From contig JBLDXI010000015.1 in assembly GCA_047495785.1 (NCBI GenBank), positions 4,154,001 through 4,218,000 of the forward strand: a DNA stretch of 64,000 nucleotides. The letters are read 5' to 3'. Both the position numbers and the translations under genes were made by a program. Under the pieces are notes generated by a model. That model made no database searches and was not told where the DNA came from. It saw only the letters and a list, made by a program, of their open reading frames with translations. Positions 1 through 11,427 of this stretch are shown here, in pieces (position 1 is the stretch's first letter; each line of letters begins with the position of its first letter). This DNA comes from Lepidodermella squamata (lineage: Eukaryota > Animalia > Gastrotricha).

Positions 1-296
1 ATTTTTTAGGTTGTCTTTCCTTCGCCTTGCAAACAACCCAGAATGCCACAATCAAACACTCGCGGAGAAGGGCTGATTTTTTAACCTTCGTCCATGTGTA
101 TTCGTCTATGTTACCCCGAGGTACGGCGGTATGTGCGAATGCTTTTTAAATTGATCATATTTTCATCATCTTCAAAGTAAAGCAACGAAATATAGGTATA
201 TTCTCATGAATTTATCATGGCTTTTAATCCGACAATTTTCAGAAAACATTCTTCCTACAGTTTTCTCTCTCCCTCTCTTTCTCTCTCAAGCACAAA

Positions 297-699
297 TCAA
301 ACATGGCCACGGGACGTAAATACGTAGACAGCGGTAGTTTTAGGATCCGCAATGTCCGCTAGCTTTGCCGCGCCGCAGTTGCCTAAGACGATTCTGCAGG
401 TGTTGCCGGTTGTTGACCAAGCGAAGAAATAACATTTAAATTTTACGCAATTAACAGAGCAATCGCCGATTGACGACACGCCACGTTGAACGACGGCATT
501 TTTGGTGTTCGGACAGTCTTTCGTGTATCTTTCGAAATAACCCCTAGTATTGAGGAAAACTGCATAAAACAAGAAAATTCTTCAATATATTATGGTTAGA
601 TCTTATAAAAAAATTGTTACGGGGATCATCTACCACGATACCCAGAGCAAGTTGGGCTGTCAGGGCGAACACCAGGGCGATGGCGATTTTTGATAGCAT
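297..699 (-). CDS. Small secreted PAN/apple-domain protein (2 exons)
   Basis: Exon 1 (699-621) encodes a signal peptide MLSKIAIALVFALTAQLALG. A GT-AG intron (620-560) joins it in frame to the 297..572 ORF, which has the PAN-like Cys pattern C-x3-C-x4-C-x2-F...C (DCSVNCVKFKCYFFAWSTTGNTCRI). Confidence 0.65.
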
Positions 700-1546
700 A
701 GCGCGAATTTCAACTTAGGAATAAGTTCAAGAAAGATAAAAATTTAGCAATATATAAATGAAATTACAACTTTCGCAATGGCTTTGAATGAATGATTATT
801 ACAAAATGTGATGGCGCCTCTAGCTTTAGGGTAGATAATTTATCACCTGCTCCAACGGGTGCCTGGCTATTTGTCGATGAGTTTTGGCCGCCGTAACATG
901 TTGGAACAGCTGCATTCCATGTACTTGTCAATTGTTTTGCCCTTTTGATACGGAAAAACATGTTTGGTGCAATTTCGAAATGTTCGCTTTTCGCAACATT
1001 GCATTACAGGAAAAAAATCGCTTGACCTTTCAATATGTTTCCAGTTCAAAATTATTAAAGTATTATTAATTATTATCAAGTTCTCTCTCAAGCATTGCTT
1101 CACTCAAGTTCATGGAGTAAATAGAAAAAATAACGGGCTTCTATTACAGCCTGGGCTACTAACAATTCAATCGTGAAATTTCAAAAAATGAATTGTCGGT
1201 GAATGGTTCATTTTTTATGTTTTTTTAGAACCGACTTGGTACCTCAACCCTGGGCTATACTAATCGATTATTTGCGACTGGGAAGGAACAAGTACGGTAA
1301 GCACGGGATTAAAAGTTTGCTCCTCTCGATCAGAACCGCATGTTGGAAGAGTATTTTATTAAGCGAACTTTAATAACGTAGGTAAATAAACTGAATCATC
1401 TGCAAATAAACCTGAGTGAAAATAAGCGGAAAAACGTAAGCGAAATGCTTGTTCGTGAAGTTGATTTAATTGAAATTGGCCTCAAGATAAATTCAAGCAA
1501 AGCCAGCCATCCGATGTGAATCTACCGCAAAATTCAACAAAGCTTT

Positions 1547-2686
1547 ATGGAGCTTTATTTCAGCTTAATTTCAGCGCTGTTTTACGCGGATTATGCACTT
1601 GGCCGAAACCCAAACTGGAACATTTCAAGGCTTCAAACGCTACTGCAACAACGCCGGGACAAAGACCACATAACGGGGCGCGACCCGCCAAAATTGAATG
1701 AACAGGATGTTATATCGTTGAACTTGACCTTCCGAGCGATGAGTTTCATTTCATTGGATGAGATACACGAAACACTCACTGTTATGCCGGACTTCGAAGT
1801 CAAATGGCAGGACTTGCTCGTCAAATGGGACGATATCAGCGAATTTGATGGTATCGATGAGCTGACTATGAGCCCGCGAAACAACTGGGTGCCTAAACTT
1901 TTACATATGAACAACGCTGAAGACATTTATGCGACGTTGAAGTACGAAAAAGAGCTCGAAACGATACATGTGCTGTCTCATGGGGTCGTCAAATTCTTCC
2001 CACCTGTGCCAGCCATTACAACGGTTTGCCCGCTTGACTTTCTCCACTTTCCTTTCGATGAGCAGACTTGCATCTTCAAATTCGGCTACTTGGATCCATG
2101 TGATGACGTTGAATTCGGCAATGTAGCTATTGTGGTTGGTATTCCGTGGAAGAAAATCGAGTTCACATCGGAAAGCTCACAATGGTACGTGACTGGCAGT
2201 CAGGCGATTCTGACGAAGAAATGCGGTACTTTTGGCGATGCGGCCCAGTTCAGCATCACCCTAAAACGTCGCCCGCTTCAGTTCATCTACATTGCGATAA
2301 TTCCAATGGCTTTTCTCATGATGCTTCAATTAGCCACATTCGGAATTCCGGCGAGTGCCCCGGACCGGTCAGCTTATGCTATCACTTGCCAACTAGCGTT
2401 GGGGGTTCTTCAGACTAACATAGATGGTAAGATGCCAACAACTTCACAGTTGAGCTACATTGCCATAATTTTCACCATTCAACTCGGCATTGCGACTGTA
2501 ATCACGGTTTACACCTCAATTTCCTGCTATTTCTACAACAATTCGATAAAGAATTGTCACAAGCAGGAGCGAAAACTGTATCTGATAAAAGCCCTCAAAA
2601 TCAGCGATGTGACGTGCTTTTCTTTCTGTGCTCTCATCATTACAGTTTCTTCTGCGATTTTCATTGCGAAAATGCGAAGTGGTTGA
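1547..2686 (+). CDS. Cys-loop ligand-gated ion channel subunit, intronless (LGIC-1)
   Basis: Signal peptide, WVPKL loop A motif, Cys-loop CPLDFLHFPFDEQTC, pre-M1 LKRRP, four TM segments, very short M3-M4 loop. Confidence 0.93.
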   Translation: MELYFSLISALFYADYALGRNPNWNISRLQTLLQQRRDKDHITGRDPPKLNEQDVISLNLTFRAMSFISLDEIHETLTVMPDFEVKWQDLLVKWDDISEFDGIDELTMSPRNNWVPKLLHMNNAEDIYATLKYEKELETIHVLSHGVVKFFPPVPAITTVCPLDFLHFPFDEQTCIFKFGYLDPCDDVEFGNVAIVVGIPWKKIEFTSESSQWYVTGSQAILTKKCGTFGDAAQFSITLKRRPLQFIYIAIIPMAFLMMLQLATFGIPASAPDRSAYAITCQLALGVLQTNIDGKMPTTSQLSYIAIIFTIQLGIATVITVYTSISCYFYNNSIKNCHKQERKLYLIKALKISDVTCFSFCALIITVSSAIFIAKMRSG

Positions 2687-3329
2687 ATATTTTTTTTAAT
2701 ATATATCCACCTGTTTATTCAAATGCATACCGGCGGGAACAGGCGTCCCAAGCGAACGTAGGGTTCTAGCACTTCATTTTAGCTTCAACGTTAGATTCCT
2801 CAAAAAATAATGTGATAATGGGTCTTAGAAACTTGATACTTTGAAATCAACATTCTAGATTCTAAGCCGTTGTTTGGAGCATTTTTTACTGATTTTCTGA
2901 TAATTCCACAAAACTTTGCAAAGATGACGACATGACTAATAAAATCAAACCCTGATATAGGCTTTTCTAACTTTCAAAGGTTGCTATAAATGGAGTGCCA
3001 TCGTTATTAAAGTTTAAAATTTATTTTAATTATCATTTTAATTCGGAAATAACTTCATCTAATCGGAGTTTGGATTGAAAATTCGAAAGAAGTACGAGCA
3101 ACCAGGATGCAAATAGGCTCTGCCTGAGGCGGGAGCCAACAAAGCTATCGAGATAGTGGCGGCATGTTTGAACACCTGCGAAATTTGTCGATTTTCGCGC
3201 TGTTGTGTAGAAAAATTGGCGGCATTTTTTGTTTTCAGTCAACCATTAAAAAAATAGCTGCAATTTGCATCCATTATGCTTCTTTATTACTGCTTAATAA
3301 GAAAAATCTTTAAAGCCTGAATAATAATA

Positions 3330-3902
3330 TCAATCATTGGGTTTGGACGACCAATGCATATAAACAACTGACAAGACGGTTAGCAGCACCAAAATCGCAA
3401 TTTGCGACACGACGATCGTTAAAATGCCTATCCGTAGCGAAAGCTTGTAATCCCGCCGTCGTTGGCGTTTCACCTGGACAGGTTCAACAGCATTCGGCCG
3501 GCGAAGCGCGAGTCTCAGCGCCCAAATTGACGTGCAAAATAGACCTGAGGCGAAGGAACACACGAGCGCAAGAATGGCGACGGTGACGGCTCGTTTTCGT
3601 AAAAACTGCAACTCGGCGAGTTCGTCGGCGTCGTCCTCTGTCGTCGTCGTCATCGCCGAGTCATTTCGATGAGGTGTCGGGCGATCGATGGTTACGGCGT
3701 CGGCCGGTGATCGGCTAAGCAGCTGCTCGCTATCGTCGTGGTCGTGGTGGTGGTCATTAGGTATGCTTGAGAGGTTGAACAGCTGAGTGCTGATTTCATC
3801 ATCATCAGCGTCCCGTCTCGCGCCAGCGGCGATGCTAACATCGGCGGTGGATGAATTTCGCCCGAGCCTGTTCAACTCAATAGCTGTATTCGCGGCCAAC
3901 AT
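3330..3902 (-). CDS. CD225/dispanin-like membrane protein
   Basis: Disordered N-terminus followed by two C-terminal hydrophobic segments (AILALVCSFASGLFCTSIWALRLA ... YKLSLRIGILTIVVSQIAILV). Same layout as the other family members in this window. Confidence 0.55.
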   Translation of the reverse strand: MLAANTAIELNRLGRNSSTADVSIAAGARRDADDDEISTQLFNLSSIPNDHHHDHDDSEQLLSRSPADAVTIDRPTPHRNDSAMTTTTEDDADELAELQFLRKRAVTVAILALVCSFASGLFCTSIWALRLALRRPNAVEPVQVKRQRRRDYKLSLRIGILTIVVSQIAILVLLTVLSVVYMHWSSKPND

Positions 3903-4336
3903 TGCAGCAGAGCCGCGCGCATCAACAACAGCAGCACTGGCAAAGCTGCTGATCCAGCATCATCAGCTCCTCTCTTATTGGAGCCGCGAAAATGTATACA
4001 CATCACGCCGATATATCCTGGCTATGTGCGGCTTTTTTCCTCTCCGCTCTCTCTCTCTACGTTTTGGCGGTGCGATGATGGTTGTTTAGATGATCCCGCC
4101 ACGCGCGTAATTGAAAACACCGCGACCAGTGCAGCTAAAGGAGATGGTATTAACAGCGTGTGGCCTTCACCGCCACGATATATAATATACGGCCGGGGCC
4201 AATATATTCGGCCTTAAATATTAGCGCTTTTTTATTCAAGCGTGTTACCCACTTCCGCAAGTTTCATGACGCTGGAATTACAATGAGCGTAAGCGAAATT
4301 TAGAGTTTAATAACAAAAAATCCACCTTAAAATGAT

Positions 4337-4978
4337 TTATTGAGCACAATTATTGCCGGTAACAAACACATTAGCTTGAAAAATGTAGTAGTAAAATTCG
4401 CAAACATTTGTCAACGTGATGGTTAACCAGCAAAGTGAGGCGAAAACGATCGCAACTGTTGCTAGGGCTATAGCAGCCAGGTAGTGGCGCCGTGGGCTGC
4501 TGCGTTGTTTCGCTGACGGCCCACGAATCGAATAGACAACGGCCGGGATGGCGCAGAAGAGGAAACCGAGGAATAGAGAGAAAATCGATAAGCCAATCGC
4601 AAGGCGGCGCAATTTTTGAACTTTCGCTTTATCAGCGTCTTCAATCAATTCCTCACGAGCTGATTCGGCGTCGGTTTTGTAACTTTGATCCAAAAGAGGC
4701 GACAAGGCTGTAGATTTATTCAGTTTAACATTGCTAACTGGCGGCTTAGGCAAATCTTCGAGGGCAACGTGTTGCCCGAGGACGGAAGACACTGATCGGC
4801 TGCCGGCGTGGTCGAGTGAATTATTCGACGAGGCAATCGAAATTTTCTTGACAACATGGTACGGAACGATCGGAGAAGCTGAGTAGGACGACGGGGTGTT
4901 AACGTATTGCAAGGACGGTATGCGTTTTTGAGCCACGGGAGGTAGCGGCAAACGTTGAACTGTCGAAAAATCAGCCAT
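4337..4978 (-). CDS. CD225/dispanin-like membrane protein
   Basis: Pro/Ser-rich N-terminus, LAIGLSIFSLFLGFLFCAIPAVVYS (CD225-like C.IPA.VYS), short basic loop, then a second TM. Confidence 0.62.
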   Translation of the reverse strand: MADFSTVQRLPLPPVAQKRIPSLQYVNTPSSYSASPIVPYHVVKKISIASSNNSLDHAGSRSVSSVLGQHVALEDLPKPPVSNVKLNKSTALSPLLDQSYKTDAESAREELIEDADKAKVQKLRRLAIGLSIFSLFLGFLFCAIPAVVYSIRGPSAKQRSSPRRHYLAAIALATVAIVFASLCWLTITLTNVCEFYYYIFQANVFVTGNNCAQ

Positions 4979-5435
4979 TTTTAATGAATCAGCTTAAATG
5001 TGAGGTGAATATTAGAGAACTGAAACTGCACTATATCTGATAAGCACCGGTATACCTTATTTCGTTACGCTACGACGATAATGCAAATTTCGATTAAATT
5101 TGCAGGTAAATTTGGATATTATTTATGAGCAGCATCGCCTGGTATGATTGACCTCACATGCGTCGCGGAATTGACCTCATGTGACTATTGCGAGGTCACG
5201 TGAATATATACGGATAATATTCAAATAATTGACACCACCTTATAAAATACGCCTCCAGAAATCTTGTCCAAATTGGTGACCGTGGAAACATAATAAAGCA
5301 TGAAATAATATTGGATTGGAAGCGCATTCTCATTAACTATCATCGCGAATGTCAATCAAATGGTGCGAACAAAGCAGCATTCGAATTTGCCTCTCGCAGC
5401 GCAATACCGAATTGCATCGCTTGATTTCAGATAAA

Positions 5436-6698
5436 ATGTCTGTGGAAATCTTCATCGCGTTTCTTTTCTTACAATCAGTCGCCAGTGTTAGTGGCGAAGA
5501 TACCGCGAGTGAAGCGTTCTACAACCAGGAGCAGAAGTTGAAGGACATCATCTATCAGAATTGCAGCTTGAAATCTCAATCGCGGCCAGTTGGCAATTTT
5601 TCGCATGCTTTACATGTTAACGTTTCACTGACAGCGTACGACTTCCGCGAAATAGATGATATCGAGGAAAGTCTATCGCTGATTGTTGAGCTATCGCTGA
5701 GCTGGTGGCATCCATGCGTTTCTTGGACTGATTTGCCGGAATTTCAAAATATCCTTCAGATCGAGGACGATGCGAAAAATTTCTGGCACCCTCGAATTAT
5801 TCATAACAATGCCATACAAGACGTCAACATTATTTCGAGGTTTATTCCTAAATTCAATTTAAAAAAAATTATTTTTATGTAAAATAGATTAACAAAATAC
5901 ACCCCGATTTACGTGAATTCCGATGGACTTTTGACTTGGAAAATTGTTGCAAATTTCCAATCTAACTGCGATTTATAGTAAGATTCCCGATTTCGCAAAT
6001 CGATTTGTAACTTCGATTTTTTTAGTTTAAAACAATTCCCATTTGATACCGAAGTCTGTTCTATCATTATTGAAAGCTATTCTGATACGTCATTTGTTTC
6101 GCTTGACTTGGACGGTCCGGGCATTTACGTCGCGGGGCCGATGGACGATTTCACTGACCTGACTGATATTTGGCTACTAACAGCTGTTAATGCCAGCGAA
6201 AGGACGCTTAGCTATCGAGGCAAGCCAGCGACGTTCGACCAGATTCATTTTACCTTCACGTTCCAGCGTAGGAGCGAGATGTACGTGTATGGGGTATTTA
6301 TCCCTACAATGTCTATGCTGATCCTGCAACTGAGTTCGATATTCATACCGCCCGACAACGGCGACAGGCCGGCTTATTGCATTACCGTTCTCTTGACATT
6401 TGTAATTTTACAAAATTTATACGATGATGCGCTGCCGAATTCCTCTGAGACGCCTTATATTGTCTATCTGATAAGTGGGCAAGTTGTCATTGGCATGGTG
6501 TGTACTTTCTACGTTCTTCTCATGTCACATTTCGCCAAAATACCGCGATATGCCAAAAAATTTAAATTTCCAATCACAGCAAAAAGCTGCATGTCTTTAT
6601 CGGCTGTTCGATTTGCTGATATCATCTTCTTTTTTATCATCACATCGATTTCTCTATCGTTGGTTGTGGTTGTTTTCGTTCTCATGCTAATGCCTTGA
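5436..6698 (+). CDS. Cys-loop LGIC subunit, 3 exons (LGIC-2)
   Basis: Exons 5436-5839, 5888-5977 and 6026-6698 with 48-nt GT-AG introns. Splicing rebuilds the Cys-loop CDLYLKQFPFDTEVC. M2 is DRPAYCITVLLTFVILQ. Confidence 0.9.
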
Positions 6699-7867
6699 CC
6701 TCGCCCTTGCTAGCAACCGTTATTGATCATCATTTGTATGATATGTTGTGTGTCTGCCGCACTAAACAAATAGTAGGTCGCTTGCTTTAATGACGTTCAT
6801 TTTAAGGAATTTATTGCTTCTTAACTCTCAATCAGGCTTGCTTTTTTGTAAATACTTGGAAATGTTTCATCGATCCAATTTTCAACGCGGTACATGTAAA
6901 ACAACCCGCCACTGTAATTTTTCCGCGCTAAACACATTTATCGAAAATCAATGGCTTCAATTAAAAGTAACTTGCTTTGACGAATAAAAAGTTCAGTAAA
7001 GCAGCGCAATTCCCAATTTTCAACACATCGGAAACTGTGGCTTTAATTTGTTATAACATGAATCTGCCAGCCATTACCGTGCTGGTTTTGCAAGTTATTT
7101 TGGCTGCCGCCCAATTCAACGGAGTGATAAATCAGGAAAATCTGCTTAAACAAATCCTGTACCCGCAGTGCTTGCTTCAGGAAAATACACGGCCGGTGGC
7201 GAACTTCTCGGACCCTTTAAAAGTTCGCGTTCGAATGCTAGCCTGCGATTTTCGATCGATTAACGATGTCGCAGAAAGCTTCTCGCTACTCATGGACGTC
7301 GTTTTTTCCTGGCAACATTCTTGTGCATCATGGGATAATCTCACCGATTTTCAAAATATCGATAGGATTCAAGATACAGCCAACAAGTTCTGGCTACCTC
7401 ATATCATTCATCGAAATTCAATGGGAGACGTCAACGCCCTATCAGAGTAAGCTACCTTAACAATTTTTCCCAATTCAGACTGTTGATATTTTAGCCTGTC
7501 TCAATATACCCCGATCTATTTGTATAAAAATGGAATTGTTCAATGGCAAATCGTGACAATTATGGAATCGAATTGCGATCTCAAGTAAGGATTTCCTTTT
7601 CAGAAATCTTAGAAATTTTCGTAATTACAATTAGGTTGAAGAAATTCCCGTTTGATGAGCAAATTTGCTCAATAATTCTGGAGAGTTATGCCGATTTATC
7701 GCTGATTGACTTTGAGGTGGATGGAGATGGGCTGTTCACCGAGAGTGATCTCGAGAATTTCGTCAGCCAAAGTGCGATTTGGAGACTTGCAGGCGTGACA
7801 GCTTCTAACGACACCAAAACTTACGTCGGCCTTAAGGGCAGCTACGATAGGCTGTACTTCACATTCA

Positions 7868-10800
7868 GCTGCGATTGAATATTAAATTTTCTGAGATTTC
7901 TTAATAAAAATAATTGTTGAGGAGTGTGCTCCCAGCTTATTAATTTCACATCTCGTTCGGCTTGGATACGGCATCAACTGTACACTACAACGGACTGTAA
8001 CCAGCATCGCCGAGATGAAGCCGGAATGCCTCCTGCTACTGTCGATGTTTGGCGCTGTGGTTATCCTATGGACTGTCGACTTGTCCTTGGCTGGGTCACT
8101 TCTCGCTTTTGACCTGGCAGGACAGACTAATTCAAATTCGAACTTGGCTGCTTCTACGCCACTCAAGGCGCGTGTGAATCGCGTGCCGTTTGAAACGTGG
8201 TGCCGTGAAATCAACGGTCAAGACGACTATAGTGTGCTCGGACACGACGGCAGGCCAACAGAAACCACGACGCATGAAGGTTTTTCGATCTTTTTTTGTT
8301 ATTTGGCACGCGATCCAAAACGTCAAATTACTCGCATGAGAGGTTTTATTCTGATTTTACTCCTGATTTCGGGGGTTCAGCCAAATCCGGGGCCCCCTGC
8401 TAGACACGAATTACCAGTCACACCAAATCATGAGTTGAGCGATGTAGTTCAGAAATTGAATTATGGGGACGAAAAAATGAAATTCATACACGCGGTTCAT
8501 TTCAATGTGAATGGCTTGACATGTAAACTGGAAAAATCTAGTATTTTCAAATATGAAGCCCTCGCTGAATTCTGCTCAGTGAATAAGCCAGATCTAATCC
8601 TAATATCGGAGACGAAAATTCCGGCGAATTCTACACCGAAATTTGTCGAGGATATGTTTTCAGACTATAGTTGCATTTGGGTTGGACGGGAAAATTCTGG
8701 CGGTGGCGGTGTAGCAATATTAGTCCGCAACAATTTGGTGATCAAAAATTATTGGTCAACCTCATCCACAATCGAGAACATTCACGCTTTAATCGAATCA
8801 CCAAATGGAATGACATTCACAGCATCCGTGATATATCGATCACCAACAGTAATGCCCAAAATTCCAGTCGAAGAACTAGACAGTGTTTTAGTTGATCTTA
8901 CTGCAAAATCGATGCATGTCAATCATCGATTTATAGGCGGAGATTTCAATTGGGACCTTCTCGATATCAAAGTTGACTCAGAATTACGAGACACATTCAA
9001 TACGTTTGATCTGAAACATAGCTTTCCACACTGCATTACTAGGCCAGCCGCTCTTACCATGCTCGACCATTTTTGGACCACTGAAAAGGAAGAAAACATC
9101 ATCTTATCGGGAACAATACATGGGCTTAGCGACCATCACGGGATCTTGTTAGTTATCACGGACCAGGGAACAAAAAGGTTTAAAAACCAAGTCGCAACCG
9201 AATCTAAGTATCGTAACTTGAAAGCTATCAAGGCAGACCAGTTCAATTATGAACTCGGTAAGGCACTAGGAAGTCCTAGCATCGAAACCGGAGATAGCTC
9301 ACAGAATTGCTGGGATAAAATCCAGACAGCGATTATTAAGGTTCTTGATAAACTTGCACCAGAAACAGTTAGAAAATCTACGCACCGCCGCACCAAACAC
9401 CGGCCAACTTTTCACTCACTTAGCAAACAACGAAAGGAACATCGAAAAATCCGGAAATCGCGAAGGGCCAAATGGCGCAGTAAAGTTACTGAGGCAGGGC
9501 GGGATTCCAAAAAAATCTGGAAGGTGGTTAATGAGTTTAGACCTAAGAAATCGTCCAACCACAACGACCCGAAGAATCAGGAATTTTCATTTAGGCATAT
9601 CACGCAAAGGGAACTATGCCTGGCATTCTCAAAAGTGAAAAACAAATCTACGACTGGTCACGATGGTATTCCGGAGTCTATTCTTAAACTAGCTTCTGAT
9701 GTTTTGAAACCTCATTTACTCGTTCTGTTCAATGTAATAATTGACAATAACACAATTCCTGAGCAATGGAAAATCGCAGTGGTTCATCCTCTTCACAAAG
9801 GTGGGTGTAAATCTGACGTAGGTAATTTTAGGCCTATTTCAATACTGTCAGCCATTTCCAGAACTTTTGAACGGTGCATTTCCATGCAAATTAAGGAACA
9901 TATCACCAATATCGAGTTTCTTTCGCCTAGCCAATTTGGTTTCAGACAATATCATTCTACCGACACATGTCTAGCGAAACTCAGTAATGATCTACGTAAG
10001 ACTCATGAACAAAGCAAAATATCGGTAGCTATTGCGATAGACTTGAGCAAGGCTTTTGACTCACTGCATCACCAAGGTGTCTATAACTCCTTAATTAGCG
10101 CAGGTTTCACAGAGAAAGCAGTCGGATTAATTCGCAATTACCTTGAGAACCGAAAACAGTATGTTTCGATAAACAATACCTTTTCAGACCATTTGCCTTT
10201 GCTCTACGGCGTGCCCCAAGGTAGTGTACTGGGGCCGCTACTTTTCACGCTATATATTAATGAGATGGCATCGATTCCCAGATTTGCGAAACTAGTCCAG
10301 TTCGCAGATGATACCACTGTATATCATTCAGGAAAAGATGTTGAAAAGTTACAACAGGAGCTTCAGTACGACATTGATCAATTGAGTGTCTGGCTCGCAG
10401 CGAACAGTCTAATGGTAAACGGGAAAAAATCGCAGATGATTGTTTTGCCAACCGACTACAACACCACTTCCCCACCTAAATTCGAAATCAAAATTGACGG
10501 CTGCTTGATCGGAACAACGTCATCACTCAAAGTCTTGGGGTTTACTCTTGACAATAAATTGGGATTTAAGGAACATTTAAGGGGGGTGAAAAACAAATCA
10601 CGTAGTGGCTTATTCGGACTGAGGATCGCTGCTAAATACCTTGATCGAAAGACTCTCAAACTCATGGCAAATGGCCTAATATTCTGCCACTTAATGTACT
10701 GCGATACAACTCTCTCGCAGCTGGCACCGACCAAGCTCAGCAAACTACAACGTCGCCAAGACCAGGCCGTAAGAATCATTTGCCACGCTCCGATGAACGC

Positions 10801-11427
10801 GGACCCTGCACCGCTAAGACAAAAACTCGGATGGCTGGATCTTGACGGAAAACGAAAAGTTCACCTGGCAACACTGATCTGGCGCTGCATTAATGGTGAG
10901 GCCCCGGTAGCCATAGCCAACTTCTTCAAACTTCGAACCGCACCAATGGCTTCTACCCGCAAACAAAACGCCCTCAAAGAACTCTCAAACATCCTAGAGG
11001 TGCCCAGGACTAAGTCAGCGATCATGGATCGGTGTTTGGCTCACCATGGATCGGTATTTTGGAACTCTCTCCCCGACCACATCCGCACATCCAAAACTGC
11101 CGACCAATGCAGAAACTTGGTTTACCGTCACCTGCTTACACAACAAAAAGAACTTACCTCAAATACCGCCGCCTGAAACCAGAAGACAAGAGCATCTGCA
11201 TTTTATATTTTTATATTGATCCTGCTACAAACCAACATTCATCACAATTGTTTTCTTTGTTGAGCTATCTTCTTTTTTATACATATAAGTTACATGATGT
11301 TTTATAACTATCTAATCTTGTGTACAGTTTAAATCGAACCTAACTAATCCATTGTCTTTTTTTACAGCTGAGCTTTCCAACTTTTTCTAAAAACGGATGA
11401 ATGGCTCATAAATAAATAAATAAATAA
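7868..11427 (+). mobile_element. Apparently full-length non-LTR retrotransposon (CR1/L2-group-like LINE)
   Basis: Flanked by an ATTCA direct repeat (7863-7867 and 11428-11432), ends in a (TAAA)n tail and carries one intact APE+RT ORF. Confidence 0.93.
8015..11176 (+). CDS. LINE polyprotein: APE endonuclease + reverse transcriptase
   Basis: APE motifs HFNVNGL, ISETK, GGGVAILV, GGDFN, LDHFW and SDHHGI. RT motifs FRPISILS, QFGFR, AIDLSKAFDSL, GVPQGSVLGPLLF and QFADDT. 2A-like LLLISGVQPNPGP upstream of APE. Confidence 0.95.
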   Translation: MKPECLLLLSMFGAVVILWTVDLSLAGSLLAFDLAGQTNSNSNLAASTPLKARVNRVPFETWCREINGQDDYSVLGHDGRPTETTTHEGFSIFFCYLARDPKRQITRMRGFILILLLISGVQPNPGPPARHELPVTPNHELSDVVQKLNYGDEKMKFIHAVHFNVNGLTCKLEKSSIFKYEALAEFCSVNKPDLILISETKIPANSTPKFVEDMFSDYSCIWVGRENSGGGGVAILVRNNLVIKNYWSTSSTIENIHALIESPNGMTFTASVIYRSPTVMPKIPVEELDSVLVDLTAKSMHVNHRFIGGDFNWDLLDIKVDSELRDTFNTFDLKHSFPHCITRPAALTMLDHFWTTEKEENIILSGTIHGLSDHHGILLVITDQGTKRFKNQVATESKYRNLKAIKADQFNYELGKALGSPSIETGDSSQNCWDKIQTAIIKVLDKLAPETVRKSTHRRTKHRPTFHSLSKQRKEHRKIRKSRRAKWRSKVTEAGRDSKKIWKVVNEFRPKKSSNHNDPKNQEFSFRHITQRELCLAFSKVKNKSTTGHDGIPESILKLASDVLKPHLLVLFNVIIDNNTIPEQWKIAVVHPLHKGGCKSDVGNFRPISILSAISRTFERCISMQIKEHITNIEFLSPSQFGFRQYHSTDTCLAKLSNDLRKTHEQSKISVAIAIDLSKAFDSLHHQGVYNSLISAGFTEKAVGLIRNYLENRKQYVSINNTFSDHLPLLYGVPQGSVLGPLLFTLYINEMASIPRFAKLVQFADDTTVYHSGKDVEKLQQELQYDIDQLSVWLAANSLMVNGKKSQMIVLPTDYNTTSPPKFEIKIDGCLIGTTSSLKVLGFTLDNKLGFKEHLRGVKNKSRSGLFGLRIAAKYLDRKTLKLMANGLIFCHLMYCDTTLSQLAPTKLSKLQRRQDQAVRIICHAPMNADPAPLRQKLGWLDLDGKRKVHLATLIWRCINGEAPVAIANFFKLRTAPMASTRKQNALKELSNILEVPRTKSAIMDRCLAHHGSVFWNSLPDHIRTSKTADQCRNLVYRHLLTQQKELTSNTAA

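Noticed and set aside
867-1103. ORF with CC...C...ECSCS resembling a cystine-knot C-terminus
   Set aside because: Non-ATG start, no signal peptide or convincing upstream exon, and an incomplete Cys pattern.
1633-1926. Antisense ORFs repeated at 1633 and 16265 (and similarly at 33633/35551 and 32421/34222)
   Set aside because: Shadows of duplicated sense-strand genes; their similarity is explained by the duplication.
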